Positions 27,093 to 34,361 of a stretch of 34,361 nt of DNA are shown piece after piece. Source of the DNA: a virus (taxonomy: Duplodnaviria; Caudoviricetes); the IMG/VR virus record IMGVR_UViG_3300047283_000041, positions 1-34,361 of that record, one strand, 5' to 3'. The notes under the pieces are model-generated. The model saw only the letters and a program-made list of their open reading frames with translations, did not search any database and was not told the origin of the DNA. The first letter of the stretch is position 1. Each line of letters begins with the position of its first letter. A program made the position numbers and the translations under genes.

Positions 27093-27338
27093 TTACGAGC
27101 CGTGATTTGCTTTTGTTTTTCTCTCCAATGTCAGCTTCTCAGCTCTCATCTTTGCCCATCGTGCAGTAGCACTAGGGAAATCTCCACAGATAGGATCTAA
27201 ACCCAACCTAGGAGAGGAAAGAATGCGAGTAGCAATCTCGCCACACTCACCACACCGAACTTCTTTTGTGTCTACATCGACGAAGGCTTCGGTGATATGC
27301 GAATTCTTACATTCAAATTCAAACAGTCGTCTGGGCAT
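27093..27338 (-). CDS. FmdB-like zinc-ribbon protein
   Basis: MPRRLFEFECKNSH..E...CGECG...RILS; start moved to 27338. Confidence 0.75.
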   Translation of the reverse strand: MPRRLFEFECKNSHITEAFVDVDTKEVRCGECGEIATRILSSPRLGLDPICGDFPSATARWAKMRAEKLTLERKTKANHGS

Positions 27339-27576
27339 TGTCTTCTTCCTGCTGAAGCTGCTCATATACTTCTTCGCTAGACTGTTTTAAGTTCTTAAGC
27401 CACGTCATAATAGAGACTTCGCCCTTTCTGAAGTGGAGATGCTCTACAGTATCTACACCTTTGACGGTGTCTGTGGAGCTAAGCATTAAATCTATGTCTT
27501 CTAACAGATCCCGCCACCCTTGGGTAGCCATCATGCTGAATCTGTTTTCGTAGTAATCTTGTAGCTCTCTGTTCAT
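27319..27576 (-). CDS. Hypothetical protein downstream of portal
   Basis: MNRELQDYYE.RF.MMATQGWRDL...LHFRKGE; start moved to 27576. Confidence 0.75.
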   Translation of the reverse strand: MNRELQDYYENRFSMMATQGWRDLLEDIDLMLSSTDTVKGVDTVEHLHFRKGEVSIMTWLKNLKQSSEEVYEQLQQEEDNAQTTV

Positions 27577-27623
27577 ACTCTTTTTCCTTGACAAGGAGAG
27601 TTTATTGTGGTATTATAGTATAT

Positions 27624-27652
27624 ATTATAACATACTTTTTGTAATTTGTCAA
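27624..27652 (-). promoter_or_regulatory. Consensus sigma70 promoter for head genes
   Basis: Minus strand TTGACA, 17 bp, TG-extended TATAAT. Confidence 0.88.
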
Positions 27653-27655
27653 GCT

Positions 27656-29608
27656 TTATTGCATTTTCGTAGCAGTTTGTAACATAGCAATACGCTCATT
27701 AGACATAATATCAGCCTCTTTAAGGGCTAAATTAGCGATTTTCTCCACCTGAGTGAAGGGGTCAGCACCCTGTGGCTTATTCGCAGCCTCTACAGCCTTG
27801 ATTTGGGTCTCTACAGGGATTGCCTGAGCTTGAGCCCCAGCTCTTTGTGCCTCAGCCATAGCCTTAGCAGCCTCAGCCTGGGTCTTCTGTAGCTCTGCCT
27901 GAGCTGTAGCCATAGCAAGCTCCTGCATTTGCTGCTGCATTGGGTCAGGTTGACTCATTTGCTGTAGCCCAGCGATGATTTCTTCACGATTAGAGACGCT
28001 AGAACCCTGGATTACACCCTGTAATAGCAGAGGAACGATAGGAGATTGAGCTCCTAAGGTAGATAGTAACCCCATCATCTGCTGTTGTTCGTACTCACGA
28101 GCTACCATTCCTAAGGTAGATACAGGCAAGAACACAAAATCCTTAACAGGATAACGATCTGGGTCAAACTGCATGAATCTGTAGGCAGACTTAGTGATGA
28201 AAGGGATTAAGAAGTCTTCTTGGAAGTTAATCAAGGTACGCTTGTTCTTCTTCATCAAGCCTGATAGAGCCATTGACAGACCAGCACCAGAGGCTTCTCC
28301 TGCAGCTACCTTGTCAGGCATAGAAGCAGTATCCATTGTTCCTGTTGCTTGTAGGAGCATTGATTGGAAAGCCTGAGCAGTACCCATGTTTAGAGGATCT
28401 GTGTTGCCAAACTTAAATGGCATCATGATTTCATTAGGGTTACCGTTAACTAAGAAGTTCTTACCAGGTCTTACTTCATACTTAGCACCACGTGGTAGAC
28501 GAGTAGCGTCCATTGCAATCATAGGAGCAGTAGTCAAAGCAAGGCTATCTAAGTGAGCACGAATCTGTGCGTCGATAGCTTTCTGCATGTTGTAGCCCTT
28601 CTCAGCAGTACCACGACCCCAGAAACGACCAGGCATTGAGTCAGCTTGGTAGGCGACAATAGGACGATCCTTCATCATGTAAGGATTCTCTTCAGCTTTT
28701 AAGAGCCACTGATCGTCAGCGATAACGACAATAGCTTCTACCATGTCTTGGTAGTCTTCTGCGTCTGAACCTTCAGGGAAAAGATCTATTATCTCTTCTC
28801 CGTCTTTCTTCTGTACGTCTTCTAAGTATTCACGAGGAACTAAACCATAGTAACGAATAACTCGTACTCTATCGTCTTGCTTAGGAGACATTTCTTGGAC
28901 AGGTTCTAAGTCCATGTCGTTGTAGCTAGGAGTGATTCCTACTTTACGATATGTACCATCTACCATGCCTTTGACTATAATGTGATACGGCATGTACTCC
29001 TCAATTGCTACACCTAAAGAAGACTCAACGTCACGAGCGTTAGGATCAATGAGGAAGTTACGAGGGTTGACTGGGTTAAGGTGTACCATGAATTTCTTCT
29101 CTTCGGTAACACCGATAGCTGCCATGCTAGTGCCAGGGATAGGCTGGGTAGAAGGATACATTACTAGTTTCTCTTCTACGGTAATCTCTCCGATACCAGT
29201 GCCATAGAGCTCTGCTAAGAGGATTACATTATCAATTCCTTTTTTGACTTTAGTAAACTTAAAGTCTTCGTGCATCTGTTGACGTACTAAGGGAATGTCA
29301 GACTTGTCTTGATCTTGGCGATCATCCGAGATATCGAAGAACTCACCACGACCAAACACTGCCTCAGAAATCTCAGCTTGCTTACCTTCGATAGCTTGCT
29401 GGAGGGCGGGAGTAATAAGACGAGATCTCTCGGACTCACGAGTCTTGTCAGCCCCATCCCAGATTCCTCGCCATAATCTTTCATACTCTTCCCATTTGTC
29501 TAGATAGTTTACATCTCGGTGGTCTCTCCAACGATTACAGTGATCAACAATAAAGTTTACTAACTCTTTATCAGATTCAGTAACTGGGTCTTCTTTAAAT
29601 TCACTCAT
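27656..29608 (-). CDS. Portal protein
   Basis: 650 aa; WEEYERLWRG, LYGTGIG, NFLIDP, GRFWGRG; Gln/Ala-rich C-terminal helix; lies between terminase and scaffold. Confidence 0.9.
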   Translation of the reverse strand: MSEFKEDPVTESDKELVNFIVDHCNRWRDHRDVNYLDKWEEYERLWRGIWDGADKTRESERSRLITPALQQAIEGKQAEISEAVFGRGEFFDISDDRQDQDKSDIPLVRQQMHEDFKFTKVKKGIDNVILLAELYGTGIGEITVEEKLVMYPSTQPIPGTSMAAIGVTEEKKFMVHLNPVNPRNFLIDPNARDVESSLGVAIEEYMPYHIIVKGMVDGTYRKVGITPSYNDMDLEPVQEMSPKQDDRVRVIRYYGLVPREYLEDVQKKDGEEIIDLFPEGSDAEDYQDMVEAIVVIADDQWLLKAEENPYMMKDRPIVAYQADSMPGRFWGRGTAEKGYNMQKAIDAQIRAHLDSLALTTAPMIAMDATRLPRGAKYEVRPGKNFLVNGNPNEIMMPFKFGNTDPLNMGTAQAFQSMLLQATGTMDTASMPDKVAAGEASGAGLSMALSGLMKKNKRTLINFQEDFLIPFITKSAYRFMQFDPDRYPVKDFVFLPVSTLGMVAREYEQQQMMGLLSTLGAQSPIVPLLLQGVIQGSSVSNREEIIAGLQQMSQPDPMQQQMQELAMATAQAELQKTQAEAAKAMAEAQRAGAQAQAIPVETQIKAVEAANKPQGADPFTQVEKIANLALKEADIMSNERIAMLQTATKMQ

Positions 29609-29610
29609 TC

Positions 29611-30786
29611 TTACATTCCTTCAGGGATTGTTGATTGTGGGACTTGCATCTGAAAAGGATCTGCCATTGCTGCCTGAGGAGCAGTCTCAGCACGAGGAGC
29701 AGTCATGTTGTCAATCGTCACACCTGCCATCATGTTCTGAGGATCTGTCTCGATAGCTCTCATTGCAGGATTAGCAGCTCTTTCTGTGGCACTCATACCA
29801 CGACGCTGCTCAGTTTGACGAGCAAATACTTCTCCAGCTACTTTCATGTAGTCTGCTACGGCTTTATTATAACCCTGGCTTGCTTGGTCTTTAGCTTGGA
29901 GTGCTGTGCTTATTGTAGGATAATTACTAGCTTTTGCTATGAACTTCTCTACCATTTGTTTATCTTTAAACGATTGCTCTAAAGACTTACGAGCAGATAA
30001 ACCATCTGGTTTGGACAAAGCAGCAATTGCTTCTGCTACGTTGTCAGGATTAAACCCTAATCCTTCTGTCTTTCCAAAGCGTACACTGTCAGTCGGAGAC
30101 TGAGTAATAGCTTTGATTAAAGAACTGCTTGCTTGGTTATAGGATTCATTCTGGTTAAGAACACCAGTAAAGCTTTCACCTCTAGTGAATAACTCTTTAC
30201 CTTGGACGTAGTGTTGGATCTCGTGTAAAGCAACTTTAACTGGGGTATCTTCTTTTTTCCAGTCAGGATGTTGACGATTAAATAGGATCATGTTCTGCTC
30301 AGGAGCGTAAGCTGCTAAGCGAGGAGAGACAGGATCATCGATAAAACTAACTGTTACGTCTTCAATGTCTGGATAAGCTTTCTTTAGAACATCTGCTTTG
30401 AATACTTCATCGAATGCTAAGATCTCATTCTCAGGGATCTTATTCAGGTCGACACCTTTGCGTAGGTCTACGTTCTTGTCGCTGATCTCTAGCATTGCTT
30501 TGTTAGCTACTGGGTCAAATGCTATGGCTTCTTTACCGTAGAGCTTATCCCACTCTTCTGCTGGTAACTTAAACCAATCACGCTGTGCGTTCTCTAAGAG
30601 ATTCGTAGCAGCAGGTGCGTCAATTATCCCTGCTTCTCCTAAGTTACTAATACCTTCCCTACCAATGAACATCTCAGGCACTAGACTAGGTGTTGCCCTA
30701 GTAGTTCCTTTGAACAAGCCTTGTGCTTCTAAGTTATCCACTAACGCAGGAGCAACCATCCTAAATAAGCTACCAGTTATACTCAT
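29611..30786 (-). CDS. LPD23-like protein with HExxH zincin motif
   Basis: MLEISD, LKKAYPDIEDVTV, ALHEIQHYVQ, Y..VAGEVFARQTEQR. Confidence 0.7.
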   Translation of the reverse strand: MSITGSLFRMVAPALVDNLEAQGLFKGTTRATPSLVPEMFIGREGISNLGEAGIIDAPAATNLLENAQRDWFKLPAEEWDKLYGKEAIAFDPVANKAMLEISDKNVDLRKGVDLNKIPENEILAFDEVFKADVLKKAYPDIEDVTVSFIDDPVSPRLAAYAPEQNMILFNRQHPDWKKEDTPVKVALHEIQHYVQGKELFTRGESFTGVLNQNESYNQASSSLIKAITQSPTDSVRFGKTEGLGFNPDNVAEAIAALSKPDGLSARKSLEQSFKDKQMVEKFIAKASNYPTISTALQAKDQASQGYNKAVADYMKVAGEVFARQTEQRRGMSATERAANPAMRAIETDPQNMMAGVTIDNMTAPRAETAPQAAMADPFQMQVPQSTIPEGM

Positions 30787-32040
30787 CTAATATCCTGTTA
30801 TAAAGTCACTCGGTTCATATTCGTTTTCCTCTTGATCTGTAAAGTATGACGTTACAGCCAATTGGTCAACATAACTTAAAGCATCCACTAAGTCATCATG
30901 TACTTGAGACGTAGGGAACATCAGAAGCTGATCTATAAACTCTGTCCAGTCTTCGTCTTCATTCAATACTACTTTACCATGCTCGAAGCGTCCCTGTAAT
31001 GCCCAGACGATTCTCTCAGTCTTTTGCTTACCGCCATGCGTTAAATCTTGTATGTGAGCGTAGACGTTGTTTGATCTCATTAGATCACTGAGGTAAGGCA
31101 ACACAGCGTTACGTACCGTTCCTCTTTCAATTCCTACACCCACTGGTTGAAACTCTCTGATGTTCTTTAGAATCCTAGCTGCAGCATCCTTAACATCCCA
31201 GCGTCCATGCTCAATCTTTTTAATAAACCAGACACCATCCTCTGTAACCTTTACCACAGCGATAGCTGATTCATCTAGCTTCTTAGCCCTAGCAGCGGAG
31301 TAGCTTGTATTCGTAAACCCTGCTAAGTCTATTGCAATATGGTAGACACCATCCTTGGGTTCTTCTCCATACTGTATCCATTGTTCTTTGAATAAGTCTG
31401 TTCCTGCGTTGTCAAAGCTTGCTTCGTATTCCTGCTTAAAGCTAAACGAAGAAAGTGTCTTCTTAGCTCCCTCAATTTCTTTAGGATCGATAAGTGGGTT
31501 ATCTTTCGTTGTGAAGTGCCAGCTCTTCCACTCCTCATCTTCCTCCGACGTGCCAAGGTTGTACATCTCATAAAACCAATTACGCCCCTTCGGAGTGCCA
31601 ATAAAGAGTGCTTTACCCTTTTTGTCTGATAACGAAGCACGTAGCACCTTCTCCCATGTGTCAGGTTTAATGTCAGCTACCTCGTCTAGAACTAAGAAGG
31701 TTAAGCTGACTCCTCGAAGGGTATCAGGTCTATCAGCACCTCTGACGTAGATCTTAGCACCGTTAATCAGGGTGATGTCCATGTTGTTCACATGACTGTT
31801 ACTGATTACATCTCTACCCAACTCCATTAGCAAGTCCCAGATAATCTGTCTTGCTTGCCCTTGGGTAGGGGCTACATACATCACTGCTGAGCCTTGAGGA
31901 CATCTCAGTCCCTCCACCAAGAGGGCTACTGCTGAGAGTCTACTCTTACCACAACGTCTTCCTGCTACGATAACCTTAAACCTTGTGTCATCGCTAAATA
32001 CTTTCTTTTGCCAGGGTAGTAACTCGAAGTTAAGATTCAT
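30787..32040 (-). CDS. terL: Terminase large subunit
   Basis: LLPWQ, VAGRRCGKS (Walker A), YVAPT, LRG...LVLDE (Walker B), IGTPKG, IDLAG, HDDLVDAL; start moved to 32040. Confidence 0.96.
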   Translation of the reverse strand: MNLNFELLPWQKKVFSDDTRFKVIVAGRRCGKSRLSAVALLVEGLRCPQGSAVMYVAPTQGQARQIIWDLLMELGRDVISNSHVNNMDITLINGAKIYVRGADRPDTLRGVSLTFLVLDEVADIKPDTWEKVLRASLSDKKGKALFIGTPKGRNWFYEMYNLGTSEEDEEWKSWHFTTKDNPLIDPKEIEGAKKTLSSFSFKQEYEASFDNAGTDLFKEQWIQYGEEPKDGVYHIAIDLAGFTNTSYSAARAKKLDESAIAVVKVTEDGVWFIKKIEHGRWDVKDAAARILKNIREFQPVGVGIERGTVRNAVLPYLSDLMRSNNVYAHIQDLTHGGKQKTERIVWALQGRFEHGKVVLNEDEDWTEFIDQLLMFPTSQVHDDLVDALSYVDQLAVTSYFTDQEENEYEPSDFITGY

Positions 32041-32473
32041 TTGAATTACCCTCGAACATGTCAATTATCTCGACATCCTCGATAGCCTCTACCTTAGTCT
32101 CACCCAAACCAGTGATGTTAATTGTTACAGCATTCCGCTGACCCTTAGCATCCTTTTCAAAGAGTGAGACAGGTAGAAGTCTATCCATGCACATCTTAAG
32201 ACATGCAACCTGATCTTTATCGCTATCGTCTAAGGCTTTCCTTAAGACAGTATCGATTACCTTTGTTCCAGTAGTACTCAGGAGTCTAGCTTTAAATTCT
32301 TGTATTCTTCCTGTGTCACCCTGGGGTCTACCTACCTTACCTCTTTTACGCTTCGCTTCTACGACAGCCTTAGGAGGACGACCCCTACGTGGTATAGACA
32401 CAATAACTGAATTATCTTCTTTATCTTCTAAGTTCACTTCTAAGCCTTTTCCTACGTGAGTAGAGACTAACAT
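32030..32473 (-). CDS. Putative terminase small subunit (start uncertain)
   Basis: Immediately upstream of TerL; GRP motifs, ALD...DQVACLKMCMDRLLP, VTINITG. Confidence 0.65.
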   Translation of the reverse strand: MLVSTHVGKGLEVNLEDKEDNSVIVSIPRRGRPPKAVVEAKRKRGKVGRPQGDTGRIQEFKARLLSTTGTKVIDTVLRKALDDSDKDQVACLKMCMDRLLPVSLFEKDAKGQRNAVTINITGLGETKVEAIEDVEIIDMFEGNSNES

Positions 32474-32594
32474 TTAAAATTACTTCTCTTCTAAGTTATA
32501 CTTAGAAGTTAACTAAGTAGTTTTTATATTATTTGTTTTTTATATTGTATTTACTTAGGAGTAAGACAGAGCGTTTTTTCTCCTTAGTACAACT

Positions 32595-32623
32595 ATTATA
32601 CCATACTTATGAGATTTTGTCAA
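32595..32623 (-). promoter_or_regulatory. Consensus sigma70 promoter at the head of the packaging/structural arm
   Basis: Minus strand TTGACA, 17 bp, TG-extended TATAAT. Confidence 0.88.
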
Positions 32624-32784
32624 GTAATATTTTACTATGATGCCTACGGAGCACGTCTTACATGCGGCTAACCTCATCTTCGATGCGGGTCTACCCAGTA
32701 AACTAGCACGTATTCCGCAACTGTAGCTAACAAGCCTTTATTATTCACTAACGTAGCTTATCTTCTGTTATCTCCTTAGCTTCC

Positions 32785-32797
32785 TAAGTTATTGATT
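32785..32797 (-). promoter_or_regulatory. IHF-consensus site
   Basis: Minus strand AATCAAtaacTTA is an exact match to WATCAAnnnnTTR, in an AT-rich intergenic context. Confidence 0.6.
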
Positions 32798-33063
32798 TAT
32801 ATAAGATACCTTATCTGTTGTCTTCTGTCGTTAACTTCTGCTAATATGCCTAATTATTAAGCACTTCTTAGTTTAACTTTTTAGGTGTTTGGTAGGGTTA
32901 TAACGTACTAGATTGTTGCGAAGCCCCCCTCCCCCATGCATAAAAATTCTATAGTGTCAATAGGGGTAAATACCTATAGACAAACTAGCTAGAAACTGCT
33001 AAGAGAGGGAGAGATAGTGTCACTCTATCACTACCCAGGACTCGATAGCACTAAGCTATAATC

Positions 33064-33108
33064 TAAGGGTAAACACCTATAGACTTCTCTCAAGACCTGC
33101 GATATACT
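33064..33108 (+). promoter_or_regulatory. Early promoter with upstream quasi-palindrome
   Basis: taagggtaaacaccta, then TAGACT (33080), 17 bp, TATACT (33103). Confidence 0.75.
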
Positions 33109-33137
33109 AGACTTATCAAATCAGGAAAGGGAATAAA

Positions 33138-33302
33138 ATGTTATATGCAAATCTAATAGGTAATAGGAAATCAGGTTTTAAACTGGAAATTACTAACGAC
33201 ATTCAAACCCGTAAACCAATGGTTACAGTAAACGGATTAAAGGGTATCAAGGAAGCAAGAGCAACAGCAAAACGATATAACGCTACATGCTGGAATTTCT
33301 AA
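33138..33302 (+). CDS. Early hypothetical protein, 54 aa (not in ORF track)
   Basis: MLYANLIGNRKSGFKLEITNDIQTRKPMVTVNGLKGIKEARATAKRYNATCWNF*; purine-rich RBS. Confidence 0.75.
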   Translation: MLYANLIGNRKSGFKLEITNDIQTRKPMVTVNGLKGIKEARATAKRYNATCWNF

Positions 33303-33344
33303 GGGTTTATCCCTATAGACAAATCAAAATCTATAGGGTATACT
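33300..33344 (+). promoter_or_regulatory. Early promoter with palindrome and inverted repeat
   Basis: taagggtttatcccta, TAGACA (33316), 17 bp, TATACT (33339); IR ccctataga/tctataggg. Confidence 0.8.
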
Positions 33345-33372
33345 TGAATCATCAAATACAGGAGGTAATACA

Positions 33373-33567
33373 ATGCAAACTAAACCATTTATTAACATGT
33401 TCGGTACTGAAGTACACTTGACTAGAGACCAGTTTATTGAACGCTGGGAAAACAAAACAGAGGGTTTTATGGGATTGTTTTTAGACCATGGTAATGCTTC
33501 ACAATTGATTGACTTTAGGAACGAAGTTAAGCGTATGGCAGGTATAGACTGGGATAAAACTAAGTAA
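33373..33567 (+). CDS. Early hypothetical protein
   Basis: 64 aa; AGGAGGT RBS. Confidence 0.8.
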   Translation: MQTKPFINMFGTEVHLTRDQFIERWENKTEGFMGLFLDHGNASQLIDFRNEVKRMAGIDWDKTK

Positions 33568-33609
33568 GGGTTTGCCCTAGTTGACTAAACCAGTTGACTA
33601 GGGTATTAT
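33565..33609 (+). promoter_or_regulatory. Early promoter with palindrome and inverted repeat
   Basis: taagggtttgcccta, TTGACT (33581), 17 bp, TATTAT (33604); IR ccctagttgact/agttgactaggg. Confidence 0.8.
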
Positions 33610-33630
33610 TAAAACACTAACGGAGGATAT

Positions 33631-33849
33631 ATGGAATTTACATCAAAAGAGTTAATGCTTATATGGGATATTTTGCAAGAGGCAAGAGATATCAATTCAG
33701 GGTTAATTGGTGAGATTAAATTTAAGATTGATCGAGCTAAAAACGAAACAATGAAGCAAGTATGGTACGAGAAACAAACAGAGGCATACGACGCAAGAGA
33801 GAGATTATGCAATCTACAATATAGAATGGAGGAAGTGATAGGGGAATAA
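33631..33849 (+). CDS. Early hypothetical protein
   Basis: 72 aa, helical; GGAGG RBS. Confidence 0.8.
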   Translation: MEFTSKELMLIWDILQEARDINSGLIGEIKFKIDRAKNETMKQVWYEKQTEAYDARERLCNLQYRMEEVIGE

Positions 33850-33863
33850 TTTTAGTAGGTATA

Positions 33864-33905
33864 TCTAGGGTTTTACTTGACTGTTTCAAAACCCTAGAGT
33901 ATATT
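33864..33905 (+). promoter_or_regulatory. Early promoter inside an 11-bp inverted repeat
   Basis: tctagggtttt...aaaaccctaga encloses TTGACT (33877); TATATT at 33900 after 17 bp. Confidence 0.8.
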
Positions 33906-33931
33906 TATTAATAACGACGGAGGGTTTTAAA

Positions 33932-34361
33932 ATGCAAGTACATTTAACGCTAAAATCTAGCAATACTAAAACTGGTAAAATACCAGTAAGCACTACAAGC
34001 AAGCATTCATGCCCGCCTGTATGCCCATTTAAAGAAGGTGGATGTTATGCCCTAGACTATCACCTTAATATGCATTGGAACAAAGTAACCAGTGAAGAGC
34101 GTGGTACTAATTGGGATACGTTTTGCACTACTGTATCAGGGTTTAAACCTAATCAATTGTGGAGACATAATCAAGCAGGAGATCTACCAGGGCAAAACAA
34201 TATCATCGATACTGTAAAGCTTAAAGCACTGGTAGAAGCTAATCAGGGTAAAAGAGGGTTTACCTATACCCATTATCCTAGATCAGGAGATAATGCTATA
34301 GCTATCAAGCAAGCTAATGCTCATGGTTTTACAATCAATGCAAGCACTGAAAGCATTACAG
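33932..34361 (+). CDS. GP88-related Cys-motif protein, possibly Fe-S / radical-SAM-like (partial, not in ORF track)
   Basis: MQVHLTLKSSNTKTGKIPVSTTSKHSCPPVCPFKEGGCYA...WRHNQAGDLP...GFTYTH; GGAGG RBS; runs off the window. Confidence 0.7.
   Translation, partial: MQVHLTLKSSNTKTGKIPVSTTSKHSCPPVCPFKEGGCYALDYHLNMHWNKVTSEERGTNWDTFCTTVSGFKPNQLWRHNQAGDLPGQNNIIDTVKLKALVEANQGKRGFTYTHYPRSGDNAIAIKQANAHGFTINASTESIT

Noticed and set aside
734-32040. Introns or inteins in helicase, polymerase, RNR or terminase
   Set aside because: All are uninterrupted, compact ORFs with contiguous motifs and no intein signatures.
32932-32960. Minus-strand TTGACA at 32955-32960 as a promoter
   Set aside because: No -10 element at 16-18 bp spacing; the position falls in the G tract.
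33013-33036. gatagtgtcactctatcact resembling a tetO operator
   Set aside because: Only one half-site matches, the palindrome is imperfect, and no TetR gene is seen.
1785-33812. Many alternative-frame and antisense ORFs in the track (e.g. 1785-2033, 3499-3840, 4141-4485, 8584-8949, 14360-14653, 23717-24169, 24612-25046, 33609-33812)
   Set aside because: They lie within well-supported genes and lack RBS or motifs; shadow ORFs are expected from codon bias and repeats.
32961-33905. Early-region repeats as a CRISPR array or integron attC sites
   Set aside because: The repeats are degenerate, the intervening DNA is whole genes of 165-220 nt, and no cas or integrase gene is present; they coincide with promoters.
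1-34361. tRNA genes, stop-codon reassignment or lysogeny module
   Set aside because: No cloverleaf seen in intergenic gaps; TAA, TAG and TGA all terminate genes at sensible positions; no integrase or repressor recognised, though part of the genome lies outside the window.

Overview
This window covers most of a lytic, short-tailed (podovirus-type) dsDNA phage genome with three parts. (1) A + strand replication and nucleotide-metabolism arm (1-10860) carries a T7 gp4-like primase-helicase, a family A DNA polymerase with Tyr762, SSB, a 5'-3' exonuclease, a PD-(D/E)XK resolvase-like nuclease, a metallophosphoesterase, a DUF3310-like protein and a class II RNR. (2) A convergent - strand packaging, morphogenesis and lysis arm (32473 to 10939) carries TerS, TerL, an HExxH/LPD23-like protein, portal, scaffold, capsid, tail fibre and chaperones, adaptor, an EndoVII homing endonuclease, nozzle, three probable ejection proteins, holin and an M15 endolysin. 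(3) The start of a divergent + strand early region (from about 32960) follows. No phage RNA polymerase, integrase, tRNA or CRISPR array is visible, and transcription appears to rely on near-consensus sigma70 promoters. The strongest non-obvious signals are an array of single-gene early cassettes with TAGGG/CCCTA palindromes over each promoter, a dispersed ~52 bp origin-like element, twin RNA hairpins ahead of the scaffold gene, face-to-face promoters at the portal 3' end, an in-frame deletion chimera in the tail-fibre cassette, and apparent near-total avoidance of GGCC/CCGG/CGCG/GCGC. All family calls are motif recognition by eye; no database search was run.
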